Assembly: GCA_963771175.1 (NCBI GenBank)
Contig: CAVYSY010000023.1
Span: 1-64,000, forward strand
Direction: 5' to 3'
Source: an uncultured delta proteobacterium
GTDB taxonomy: Bacteria > Myxococcota > Myxococcia > Myxococcales > Myxococcaceae
DNA: 64,000 nt
Of the stretch, positions 1-11,304 are shown piece by piece (position 1 is the first letter of the stretch; every line of letters begins with the position of its first letter). The translations under genes were made by a program, and so were the position numbers. A model generated the notes under the pieces. That model had not been told where the DNA came from. It searched no databases and worked only from the letters and a program-made list of their open reading frames with translations.

Positions 1-1
1 C

Positions 2-528
2 ATGGACATTGAGCAGTTCTGGAAGATGGACGGGTCGTCCCGGAGAGGGTTCAGACCCAGGCCGGCTCGACGGAAACATGCAGCAGCAACTCGAGGAACT
101 CAGGAGGCTGCTGTCGAAGCTGCCTCCCGGAGCTCATCGACTTTCGCAACCATCTCCTCGCGCAGATGAATCAGCCTATTCGTTGGGACCTGTGGGGGGC
201 TGCGTACCTCATCGCGGGCGGCTGCTCGGATGATGGCTTCGCGGATTTCCGGAGCTGGCTGATCTCGATGGGGCGCCGAGTCTTCGAGGACGCGGTGTCC
301 CATGCGGAATCACTCATCGATGTCGTCGATGCGCCTGGAATCGAAGACGTATTCTTCGAAGAGTTTCAATATGTGCCAGCGCAGGCCTACGAGGAGCTGA
401 CAGGGCAAGAGATTCCGGCTGCCCCGAGGCAGCCCCCCGTCGAGCCCGCGGGAGAGAAGTGGAGCGAAGACGACGGGAATCTCGAGCGGAGACTCCCCAG
501 GTTCTGGGCACGGTACCGACGGGGATGA
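2..528 (+). CDS. DUF4240 family protein (two apparent frameshifts in the 5' part)
   Basis: ATG at 2 gives MDIEQFWKM. The middle reads QQLEELRRLLSKLPP in another frame. The ORF 166..528 has the family motif WDLWGAAYLIAGGCSDDGFADFRSWLISMG. Confidence 0.75.
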
Positions 529-564
529 AACTCCCCGTCGGGAACGCCCCCCCGGCGCCCTGCC

Positions 565-795
565 CTACTTCAACAGCGAGCGATATTTCTCGTACAGGGC
601 GTGCTGGCGGCTGGTGAGCGGCACCTGCTTTCCGTCCAGCCACATGCCCAGCGGCCGACTGCTCGACTCCAGCGGGTCACCGTTCCACAGCACCAGGTCC
701 GCCACCTGACCCGGCGCTACCTGGCCGCCCTCCATCCCGAAGGCCTCCGTCACGGTGGAGGTGAGGGCCCGCAGCGCGTCCGCGTACGGCAGGCG
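565..795 (-). pseudogene. C-terminal remnant of an amidohydrolase-superfamily gene
   Basis: Reads LPYADALRALTSTVTEAFGMEGGQVAPGQVADLVLWNGDPLESSSRPLGMWLDG, the typical amidohydrolase C-terminus. There is no room for the rest of the gene before the divergent regulator. Confidence 0.65.
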
Positions 796-943
796 CCGGG
801 GCGGCGGCCCTGGCCACCAGCCAGGCGGAGGCGGGCTCCGCGGGAGAAGTGTTGGAAACGGTAGCGCAGGAGGCCAACCACAGCAGGGAGCGGTAGCGAG
901 GGCGCACGGCCGGCCTCGTATCACGGTAGAATCCAGGCCACCC

Positions 944-2308
<1,365 letters not shown>

Positions 2309-2309
2309 C

Positions 2310-3359
2310 TCAGGCCCCACCGAGCTGCCCGCGCACCGCGGCCGGCAGGTGGGCGCGGAGGGTGGCGATGGGGATGCCCTCGTTGTACTGGGCGGAGAAG
2401 CCCGGGTCTCCACTGTGGTGGAGCGCCACCAGCGTCCAGTCCTGGTTGAAGCAGGGCGAGCCGGACGAGCCCCCCAGGGTGTTGGTCCGGTACGTCACCC
2501 GGGTCCGGGCCGTGTTCATCCCGATGATGCCGTTCGTCTCGATGGCCAGTCGCAGCCGGTCGCCCTGTGGGTGCTGGACGATGATGATCGGCGACCCGGG
2601 CGGGAAGGCGTACGCGTCGGCGGGGACCTGAATCCACCCACGGGTCCGCGGCCCCTCGACGGACTCGTTGCCCGGCTGTCCCTTCACCCGCAGCAGGGCG
2701 TAGTCCAGCTCCTCCGTCGTCGCCTCGTGCGGCTTGGGGTTCATCAAGTCGACCGCGCTATGCGGGCTGGAAGCGAGCAGCCAGTCCTGCGCCAGCCCAT
2801 ACACCTTGCCCTCCAGCTCGGAGCCGTCCTCCAGGCGCTTGTAGTCGAAGCGCAGCCCCACGAGCTCCGAAGACACCGTCCCCTTGAGCACCTGATGCAC
2901 CACGTGGTGGTTGGTGAGCACGACGTCGGGAGCCACCAGGAAGCCCGTCCCCGCCGCCCTGCCCGCGAGCTCCACCCGGCACACCTGCCGCTCGATGGCC
3001 TCGAGCCGCTCGCGCCAGCGGACGGGGTCGAGGAAGGTGTTGGTGTCGATGACGATCTTCTCGAGCTTCGGGCCCGGGGCCTCGCGCTGGATGGAGGCCG
3101 AGTACTCCTGGACGAAGGCCTTGAGCCGGGGGTTGCCGGGAGTGTCCTGGAAGGCCCCCTGGATGAACTCGTGGGACCACCCCTCGCGCTCGGCCTCCTG
3201 GAGGAGCTGGAACACCCGGTCCCGCAGCGGCCCGTCCGTGAAGTCGTCCAGGTTCCGGTTCAGCTTGAACCGGACCATGCGCCGCAGCAGCTCCACGCGG
3301 GGAAAGGCGCTGAGGAGCGCCTCGGACAGCCGTGTCTGCTGGGTTCCCGTCAATTCCAT
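2310..3359 (-). CDS. Effector-associated domain 1 (EAD1) fused to a trypsin-like serine protease
   Basis: N-terminus MELTGTQQTRLSEALLSAFP...NLDDF...VFQLLQEAEREGW...PGNPRL is EAD1-like. Protease motifs are GTGFLV, LTNHHV (His), ELDYALLR (Asp) and TLGGSSGSP (Ser). Confidence 0.85.
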   Translation of the reverse strand: MELTGTQQTRLSEALLSAFPRVELLRRMVRFKLNRNLDDFTDGPLRDRVFQLLQEAEREGWSHEFIQGAFQDTPGNPRLKAFVQEYSASIQREAPGPKLEKIVIDTNTFLDPVRWRERLEAIERQVCRVELAGRAAGTGFLVAPDVVLTNHHVVHQVLKGTVSSELVGLRFDYKRLEDGSELEGKVYGLAQDWLLASSPHSAVDLMNPKPHEATTEELDYALLRVKGQPGNESVEGPRTRGWIQVPADAYAFPPGSPIIIVQHPQGDRLRLAIETNGIIGMNTARTRVTYRTNTLGGSSGSPCFNQDWTLVALHHSGDPGFSAQYNEGIPIATLRAHLPAAVRGQLGGA

Positions 3360-3447
3360 GCGCGGACTCCGTACCTGCCCCGTGTCTCACGGTATCACCC
3401 GGGCGCCCGGAGCAAGACAGGGCACCCGGGTGATACCGCCGGAGCGG

Positions 3448-5446
3448 CTACCGGGAGGACCGGCGGCGCCGAGCCATCAGCGGAGCGAACAGGCCCAGCA
3501 GCAGCCAGGGCGCATCCGCCGCGAAGCCCGAGGTGCAGCCACACCCGGAGTCCCCGCCCGAGGCGGCGTTCACCTTCACGTCGAAGGTGCAGCTCGCCGT
3601 ATTGCCCGAGGCGTCACTCGCGGTGACCTGCACCCGGTGGTCGCCCACGGGGAACTTGCTACCCGACGGGGTGGTGTAGCTGAGAGTGACCGACGAGATG
3701 GTGTCCGTCGCCTGCGCCGCCGGGTAGTCGACCACCACCCCATCCTCGCCGGTGGCGGAGCGCACCATGTTCGCCGGGCAGGTGATGGTGGGGGCCTTGC
3801 TGTCCTTCACCGCCACGATGAAGGAGCAGGTGTCGGAGTTGCCCGCGGCGTCGGTGGCCGTGACGGTCACCGTGTTGTCACCCACGGGGAAGGTGCTCCC
3901 GCGCGGGTGGCTGTAGCTCACGGTGGGAGGCGTCCCCGAGTCGTCGGTGGCCTTCGCCGCGGAGTAGCTCACATCCGCGCCCGCGGGCTTCGTGGCCTCC
4001 ACCGTCACACCCGCCGGGCAGGTGGTGATGACCGGCGGCGTGCAGTCGCCGAAGTAGGCCGGGTACACCGCGTACAGCTCGCGCCCCGAGCCCGCCTCCT
4101 CGGCGGAGTAGTAGAGGGTGCCTCCCGTGAACGTCAGCGCCCGCGGCCCGAGCGCCGCGGTGCTCGGCTCCACCAGCCGGGTGCCCACCTCCGTCCCGTT
4201 GCTCATCCACAGCTTGAGCCCGGTGCCGTCGTTCGCCACGAAGAAGAGCAGCGCGCCTCCAGCCGTCAGCCCCTGGGGCGACGAGCCGTCGATCCCCGCG
4301 ACGAGGTCCTTGACGCGCACCGTGCCCTCCGGCGTGCCGTCGCTCTTCCATAGCTCGGTGCCGCTGCTGCCATCATTGGCGGTGAAGTAGAGCGTCCCGC
4401 CCACGTCGGTGAGGTCATCCGGGAGCGAGCCCTCGGTGCCGGTACGGATGTCCTTGAGCAGCTTCGTGCCCAGCTCCGAGCCGTCGCTCACCCACAGCTC
4501 GGGGCCGTGGACCTCGTCGTCCAGACGGAAGAAGAGCTTGCCGCCCACGGCCGTCAGGCTCGCGGGCGAGGGGGGGAAGGTCTCCCGGGCAGGGGCCTTG
4601 ACGGGCACCGTGCCCGCCGCAGAGCCATCGCTCTTCCAGAGGCCGTCCGAGGTGGTGCCGTCGTTGGCCGTGAAGAAGAGCGTGCTGCCCACCACCGTCA
4701 TCTGGCCGATATTGGCAGTTGGAGTACGTGCCCGTCGCGATGTCCTTGACGAGCACCGTGCCCGCTTCCGTGCCGTCGCTCTTCCACAGCTCGAAGCCGA
4801 CATCGCGGTTGTTGGCGGCGGCGAAGAAGAGGGTGTCGCCCACCACCGTCAGCGACCCGGCACTGAGGGAGCTCTCGACACCGGGAGCGATGTCCTTGAC
4901 GCGCTTCGTTCCGCTGAACGTCCCGTCGCTCACCCACAGCTCGCGGCCCGCCACGTGGTCCGCGGCGTTGAAGTAGGCCTTGCCTCCCAGGGTGACCATG
5001 TCCGTGATGCCTGCGCCCTCACGGTCCCCGGCAATCTCCCGGAGCAGCAGCGTGCCCGTCGCCGTGCCGTCGGACATCCACAGCTCGGCGCCGGTGTAGC
5101 CGTCGTCCGCGACGAAGAGGAGTTTCTCCCCCAGGGGCGTCAGGAGCCAGGGCCACGAGGGCGGCACCCCGGCATTGATGTCCTTGAAGAGTACCGTGCC
5201 CGCCGCCGTCCCATCGCTCTTCCACAGCTCGGCGCCGTGGTCGCCGTCGTCCGCCACGAAATAGAGCGTCTCCCCAACACGCGCGAAGGAAGAGGGCGAG
5301 CCGCTGTCCACCCCGGGCCGCAGGTCCTTGATGACCGACGGGGGACGACACCCGGGAGCCGGGGTGCCCGCCAGGGCCGGGCCGGCACTCCCGCCCGCCA
5401 GCGCGAGCGCCAGGGGCCACAACCACTCCGCACACCGATGAGACAT
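3448..5446 (-). CDS. Secreted ELWxxDGT-repeat protein with two HYR domains and a MYXO-CTERM anchor (frameshift near 4717)
   Basis: Signal peptide, repeated ELWKSDGT/ELWVSDG, HYR repeats (FPVG..TVTVTATDAAGN...CSF) and C-terminal SGCGCTSG...hydrophobic...RRRR. Split over ORFs 4415..5593 and 3448..4803. Confidence 0.9.
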
Positions 5447-5632
5447 CCGCGGCTCTCCCTTCAACAGGAGTGCGCCTCTCCACACGCGCACCCAAAAGAA
5501 CAGGGGGCGCGGGCCTCGGGTTGCCCCGAGCACCTCGCGCCCCCTGCATGAAACCCCGGAAGGCTCCGCATTGCACCACCGGGAGGGCGACACGCGCCGC
5601 CCTCCCTGCCCCTCAGCCGGGGACCCTGACGC

Positions 5633-8455
5633 CTACAGCTCGTTCAGGTCGTAGTACTCCGCCGAGGCCTGGTCGTTGTTGCTCACGCCGCCCACCGCGA
5701 GCACCGTGCCGTTGTTGAGCAGGGTGGTGGTGGTGTGCTTGTAGCGGTCCACGTTCATCGCCGCCGTGACGCTCCACTGGCCCGTGGCCGGGTCATACAA
5801 CTCGGACTCGGTCATGATGCCCGGGTACTGGTGGTAGCCGCCCGCCACCAGTACCCGGCCGTCGGGCAGCAGGTTGGCGGTGTGGAACCGGCGAGGAGCC
5901 AGCAGGCTGCCCGTGGCCGACCAGGTGTCGGTGGCCGGGTCATACAGCTCGGCCGAGGCGCTGCGGACCGGGTCGATGTCCGAGCCACCCGCCACGAGCA
6001 CCTTGCCGTTGGGCAGCAGGGTGGCCGTGTGGTAGCTGCGGCCCGTGCCCATGCTCGCCACGGCCGTCCACGTCCCGGTGGCCGGGTCGTAGAGCTCCGC
6101 GGAGGCATGCAGCACGTTCTCCGAGGCATCGCTGCCACCCGTCACCAGCACCTTGCCGTTGGGCAGCAGGGTGATGGTGTGGTTGCGGCGGGCCGTGTTC
6201 AGGCTGCCGGTGTACGACCACTTGCCGGTGGCCGGGTCATACAGCTCGGACGAGGCCAGCACGCCGCCGTCGTACTCGCTGGTGGCACCACCCGTCACCA
6301 GGACCTTGCCATCAGGCAGCAGGACCGCGGCGTGGTAGTAGCGCTGGGTGTTGAGCACGCCCGCCGGCTTCCACTTGCCCAGCGCCGGGAAGTACAGCTC
6401 GGCGGTGGCGTTGGTGATGGGGCACTCGCCACCACCCGCGATGAGCACCCGGCCATCCTGCAGCCTGGTGGCCGTGTGACCGCGGTGGGTGCCGAGGTTG
6501 TTGCCCGTGGCGGACCAGGTCTTGGTCTCCGGGTTGTACAGCTCGGAGGTGACGTTGAAGCCACCGGCCACCAGCACCCGGCCGTCGTCCAGCAGGGTGG
6601 CGGTGTGCAGCAGCCGCGGCAGGGCCATGCTGCCGGTGAGGATCCAACCGCCGCCCCGGTCCTCGCAGGTGCCATCGGCGCCCGGAACGACGACCACCGT
6701 GCGGGTGGCGCTGCCCACGTTGCCGGAGCCGTCCGTCACCGAGTAGGTGAGGGTGTAGGTGCCCGGCACGTGGGTGTTGACGGAGCCGGAGACGGTCACC
6801 GCGGCGCTCAGGTCACCGAAGCAACTGTCGCTGGCGTTGGCGCCCGTCTCAACGTACGGCGTGCGGCACGTCTGGCTCACCGTGGAGTAGCCCACCAGCG
6901 ACACCACGGGGGCCTGGGTGTCGGCCACCGTCACGTTGAAGGTGCAGGCCGCGTTGTTGTCGGCGTCGTCCTGGGCGACGTGCGTCACCGGGGTGGTGCC
7001 CACCGGGAAGGTGAGCGCACCCTTGGGACCGCCCACGACCGCGGCGCAGTTGTCGGCGATGCTCGAGGTAGGCACGCTGACGGTGGCACGACGCTCCACG
7101 CACTCGGCGACGATGTCGGCCGGGCAGGTGATGGACGGAGGCGTGACGTCGGCGACCGATACCGTCGCGGTGCAGGTGGACTGCAGGCCCGTCGCGTCCA
7201 CGCAGCGCAGCGTCACGGTGGTGGAGCCCAAGCCGAAGGTGCTCTGCGACTGCTCGCAGCCCACCAGGTCCCCGTCCGGATCATACGAGCCGTTGTTCAC
7301 GGAGCCGGAGGCGCCGCAGGTGGAGTCGGCCGACAGGGTCAGGTCCTTGCACTGGGCCACCGGAGCACGGTTGAGGACCACGGCCTTGCAGGAAGCGCTG
7401 CAGGAGCCGGAGCCGTTGCTGGCGCCGGTGTCGCACTCCTCGCCGGAGTCCACCACGCCGTCACCGCACCAGTGCAGGCGGCACACGGAGGAGCAGAGGG
7501 AACCCGGCACGCCGTTGCTGGTGCCGGTGTCGCATTCCTCGGGGTACTGCAGGATGCCGTCGCCACAGCGCACGGGCACCGCGCCGCGGACCAGGATGTA
7601 GGGCACGCCGTGCGAGCCGTCCGCGAACTCCTGCGAGCCCGACAGGCGCGAGCCGGAGGCGGGGTCTCGGGCAATCACGAGCGGGGTGAAGTTGGCGGCC
7701 GGGTAGGTGTCGAAGGCCTCGTGAACCGAGCAGTTCCACTCGGAGAGCAAGCCGTCCGACAGGCCCGAGAGGGCCTCGTGGGAGGCAACGATGTGGGCGT
7801 CGTTGTTGCAGCCCACGCCCGTCACGGTGAAGTAACCGAACGGCTCGAGCACGGGCACCACCGTGCGCGACGCGGTGGCGTGGTAGTAGCAGCTCAGGCT
7901 GATGTAGGCGCCCGTCTTGCCCTCCTGAGCAGTGGCGAACTTGATGGCGTTGTTGAGAACCGGCGCTACCTTGTCCCCCTGCTGTTTCGGGTTCATGTGC
8001 AACACGGGGTCCGTGCCCACGACGATGACGTTACCGTCGACGACCGGGCCCCACACGTCGCGGGTGTTCACCGCCGCCTTGAGCAGCAAGCGGCTGGAGG
8101 CACAGCCGGGGTCGCCCAGGATGATGGCGCGATAGCTGGCGAAGTCCGCCGAGCTCTTCGCGGCCCAGGCCGCGTCCGTGACGACATCCACCGTATAGCC
8201 CAGGGCCGTCGCGGCTTGCGCCTCGAGGCTGCTCTGGCCCGAGAAGACCGTACTGGCCAGGATGAGCACCTTGTTGGTGCTGCCCAGTCCCTGCGGCCGC
8301 AGGCTGATGGCCGAGGGCGCCACGGATTGCTCCGGCGCCACGCCCTGGGTCTCCTCCGACGGCATCTCGACGCCGCAGGCCGCGACCAGCAGGACACTCA
8401 TGACCAGCAGCATCCGATGGCGAATCCCGTGACGGCTGTGGGTATCAGGCTGCAT
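5633..8455 (-). CDS. Lipoprotein with Cys-rich repeats, HYR/Ig-like domains and a kelch beta-propeller
   Basis: Lipobox LVAAC, CGDG..EECD myxobacterial Cys-rich repeats, HYR/DUF5011-like segments and about six kelch repeats (HTATLLPNGKVLVAGG...AELYDPATG). The true start may be the downstream ATG near 8416. Confidence 0.9.
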   Translation of the reverse strand: MQPDTHSRHGIRHRMLLVMSVLLVAACGVEMPSEETQGVAPEQSVAPSAISLRPQGLGSTNKVLILASTVFSGQSSLEAQAATALGYTVDVVTDAAWAAKSSADFASYRAIILGDPGCASSRLLLKAAVNTRDVWGPVVDGNVIVVGTDPVLHMNPKQQGDKVAPVLNNAIKFATAQEGKTGAYISLSCYYHATASRTVVPVLEPFGYFTVTGVGCNNDAHIVASHEALSGLSDGLLSEWNCSVHEAFDTYPAANFTPLVIARDPASGSRLSGSQEFADGSHGVPYILVRGAVPVRCGDGILQYPEECDTGTSNGVPGSLCSSVCRLHWCGDGVVDSGEECDTGASNGSGSCSASCKAVVLNRAPVAQCKDLTLSADSTCGASGSVNNGSYDPDGDLVGCEQSQSTFGLGSTTVTLRCVDATGLQSTCTATVSVADVTPPSITCPADIVAECVERRATVSVPTSSIADNCAAVVGGPKGALTFPVGTTPVTHVAQDDADNNAACTFNVTVADTQAPVVSLVGYSTVSQTCRTPYVETGANASDSCFGDLSAAVTVSGSVNTHVPGTYTLTYSVTDGSGNVGSATRTVVVVPGADGTCEDRGGGWILTGSMALPRLLHTATLLDDGRVLVAGGFNVTSELYNPETKTWSATGNNLGTHRGHTATRLQDGRVLIAGGGECPITNATAELYFPALGKWKPAGVLNTQRYYHAAVLLPDGKVLVTGGATSEYDGGVLASSELYDPATGKWSYTGSLNTARRNHTITLLPNGKVLVTGGSDASENVLHASAELYDPATGTWTAVASMGTGRSYHTATLLPNGKVLVAGGSDIDPVRSASAELYDPATDTWSATGSLLAPRRFHTANLLPDGRVLVAGGYHQYPGIMTESELYDPATGQWSVTAAMNVDRYKHTTTTLLNNGTVLAVGGVSNNDQASAEYYDLNEL

Positions 8456-8794
8456 CAGTACCCCCTCCCCTTTCGTTCAGACGCATCGCTCCCTACCGAA
8501 GAAGCTCTGCGACCATGGCGACCGGGTCTGACCCGTCGCCTGATGTTCTCGGCGCTCCCGCCAATGTCCGGACAACGAGCATTGCGGGCATTAAATTTTT
8601 ACACCGGGGATGCCGGGAAAATGAAATCAATCATCAAGGAGAACTTCCGGGCAATCCCCGGATATCGTCTTGACAAACGAGGGTGTCCACCCGGGCGCGC
8701 GTCGCCAAAGGGCCCGGTGCGCGTCGACTCGAGAAAGTTGCCCAATGTAGGGGCGTAGTCCTCGCCCAGGCGCAGGGGGACGTTGTCGGTGACG

Positions 8795-9319
8795 TCACGG
8801 CGGCGGCTCGGGGCCGAAGCCCGCGTCCGCCGCCATCGCCGAGAAGCGGCCGTTGAGGTTGCGGCCCGCGCCGTAGCCCTCGCCCTTCTGGAAGGACAGC
8901 GAGAAGTCCCCGCGCGTCGGCTCGCCCGGGTTGCCGCCCTCGTCCAGCACCAGGTCGCCCTTCTCCACCGGCGCGAGGACGCGCGCCGGCTCGCCCGCGG
9001 CCAGGTGCACCACCGTCGTCCGCGCGTGCCCACTGGGGGCCTGCCCCGCCAGGTCCACCGTCTTCCCCGGCTTCAGCTCCAGCCCCGCCGTGTCCACGCT
9101 CAGCCGCACCACCAGGTCCACGTCCGTGGCGGTGCTGCGGTAGTAGCTCACCTGCAGCGCCTCGGCGTTGCGCTGCACCTCCACCCGAGACACCTCCAGC
9201 GGGAAGAGCTCGCCCACACTGCCCGACAGCGAGTTGTCCGCCCCACACCCCACCAGCCCCACCCCCACCAGCGCGCCGGCCAGCCCTACCGCCACCAGCA
9301 CCCGCGCCACTCCTCTCAC
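8795..9319 (-). CDS. Uncharacterised lipoprotein (paralog of 51672..52151)
   Basis: GTG start overlapping the upstream stop (GTGA), lipobox GLVGC, beta-rich body ending GRNLNGRFSA. Confidence 0.75.
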   Translation of the reverse strand: MRGVARVLVAVGLAGALVGVGLVGCGADNSLSGSVGELFPLEVSRVEVQRNAEALQVSYYRSTATDVDLVVRLSVDTAGLELKPGKTVDLAGQAPSGHARTTVVHLAAGEPARVLAPVEKGDLVLDEGGNPGEPTRGDFSLSFQKGEGYGAGRNLNGRFSAMAADAGFGPEPPP

Positions 9320-10599
9320 GGCTCCACCGCCAGCTTCACCGCGCCCGTGTCCACGTCCCGGTAGGCCACCACCCGCTTGCCCGTGGACAGGAAGGCCAGC
9401 TTCGGCCCCCAGCCGCCCGCGGCGTCCACCAGCACGTCCTGCCAGTTCTGCTCGACGAACGCGGAGATGCGCAGCTCGTCCACGCGTGGATCGCACCCCT
9501 GCTCGTTGGCGCTCGCGTTGTTGGAGCAGATGTAGAAGACGATGTGCGGCTCGTGGTGCACCGGGTCGAAGGCCAGCGACGGGTACCAGCCGCCCGCGCC
9601 CGACTGGAACACCGGGTTCGCGCTCGACCAGGTGAGGCCGTCCTTCGAGGAGATATAGGTGAGCTCGTTGTCCGTGCGGTCCACCACCGCCACGCCGTAG
9701 CCGACCACGCTGTCCCACGCGAGGCTCCCGCCGAGCTGCGTGTCGTAGACCGTCTGCACCTTCAGCGGCGTCGTCCAGGTGCCGTCCGTCTTGCGCCGCT
9801 GGAAGAGGAGGTCGTGGCCCGTCCCGCTCGCGCTGTCCGGCACCTGGTCGTGGATCAGCGCCGGCTGCCGGTCCGCGCCCAGCACCATGGAGATGTGGCC
9901 GCCATAAGCCGACTTGGTGTCGCCCGACATGGCCAGGACCCGCTTCGCCCAGCTCGTCGGCCCGCCCTCGGCCAGCTCGAGGTCGCTCGACTCGTAGTCC
10001 TGCCTGCCGAACTGCCCGTTATGGCAGTCGCGGTACGCCACGTAGGCCTTCGTCCCGTCGAAGACGATGGCGGGGTTGATGCCCACCAGGAAGCCCGAGT
10101 CCGCCAGGGCGTTGCCGGCGACGGCCTCGTTGCCGCGGCGCACGGGGACCTGCTCCGTCCAGCTCCCGGGCGCGTCGCGGTACGACACGGCCAGGTCGCT
10201 CTGCGCCCAGCCCACGGTGGTGTCATCTCCCCCCCCGAGGTAGCTCACCGCCGCCTTCCCCGCCGAGTCGTACGCCACCGAGACGCCGTACACCTTCTGC
10301 ACCGTGGCCACGCGCTCGGGCTGGGTGGCCTGGCCGCTCTTCCACTCGACGAAGCGGAGCTCGTAGTCCTTCTCCCCCACCCGACTGAAGTAGACCACGC
10401 CCACCTGGTCCTGCGGCCCCACCGCGAGCGCGAGCGCCTGCCGCTCCGTGGCCGTCGCGTCGAGCACACTGCGCGTGAAGGGGGACAGCTCGTTGGGCGA
10501 GTCAGTGCCGCCGGCATCCGTCCCCGCGTCGGGGCGGTGCGTCTCCTCGGTACACGCCAACGCGAGCGCCAGACCCAGCGCCCATCCCTGCCGTCTCAT
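9316..10599 (-). CDS. Lipoprotein, probable beta-propeller
   Basis: MRRQGWALGLALALAC lipobox with a GGAG RBS, and repeated SLA(F/W)D..G..(V/I)(V/A)Y blades. Confidence 0.8.
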   Translation of the reverse strand: MRRQGWALGLALALACTEETHRPDAGTDAGGTDSPNELSPFTRSVLDATATERQALALAVGPQDQVGVVYFSRVGEKDYELRFVEWKSGQATQPERVATVQKVYGVSVAYDSAGKAAVSYLGGGDDTTVGWAQSDLAVSYRDAPGSWTEQVPVRRGNEAVAGNALADSGFLVGINPAIVFDGTKAYVAYRDCHNGQFGRQDYESSDLELAEGGPTSWAKRVLAMSGDTKSAYGGHISMVLGADRQPALIHDQVPDSASGTGHDLLFQRRKTDGTWTTPLKVQTVYDTQLGGSLAWDSVVGYGVAVVDRTDNELTYISSKDGLTWSSANPVFQSGAGGWYPSLAFDPVHHEPHIVFYICSNNASANEQGCDPRVDELRISAFVEQNWQDVLVDAAGGWGPKLAFLSTGKRVVAYRDVDTGAVKLAVEP

Positions 10600-10688
10600 G
10601 GAGCGTCTCCTTGGTTTCAACCCGTGAAAGGCCTTCCATCCTACGCGCTGTTTCCAAGACGAGGGGAGCATCCTAGGCTGGAGCCCTC

Positions 10689-11304
10689 ATGGACCGGCGT
10701 TCCTTCCTCCAGCGGCTGACCTTCTTCGGCGGTGGCGTGGTGCTGCTCGGCAGCGGTGGCTGCGCCAAGTGCGGCGCGTCCTCCGCGCCCCCCGAGGCCC
10801 AGGCCCCCACGGCACTCGACTCGCCCCACCTCACCTTCACCGAGGCCGAGTACGCCCTGGTGGCCGCCGCCTGCGAGCGCATCCTCCCGCGAGACGAGGA
10901 TCCCGGCGCCCAGGACGCGAACGTGCCCGTCTACATCGACCGGATGCTCCAGACGTCGGAGCTGAAGCAGATGCGCCACGACTTCGTCTCGGGCATGGCC
11001 GCGCTGGAGCGGCGCTCGCGGAGGATGTTCCAGGTGGGGTTCGCCCAGGCCACGCCCGCCCAGCAGGACGAGCTGCTCGGCATCTTCAAGGACAGCCCGG
11101 CCGGCAGCGGCGAGGCGCACTTCTTCGAGCTGCTGACGGTGCTGACGCTGGAGGGCTTCCTCGGAGACCCCTCCTACGGCGGCAACAAGGAGCAGGTGGG
11201 CTGGAAGCTGGTGGGCTTCGACACGGTGGGCACGGTGGCGTCGTGCCCCGCCCGAGGGCCACGACGGCATGAAGTGCTTGAAGACGTGCGGGAGGCACCC
11301 GTGA
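10689..11304 (+). CDS. Tat-exported gluconate 2-dehydrogenase subunit 3 family protein (frameshift near 11250)
   Basis: MDRRSFLQ twin-arginine signal, ERILP..DPGA.DANVPVYIDR and EGFLGDPSYGGN..GWKLVGF. The alternative frame ends ...KTCGRHP* with TGA at 11302-11304, overlapping the next GTG. Confidence 0.85.

Noticed and set aside
5640..6650. DNA-level repeats within kelch, ELWxxDGT and TSP3 genes
   Set aside because: They reflect protein repeat domains and are not independent DNA elements.
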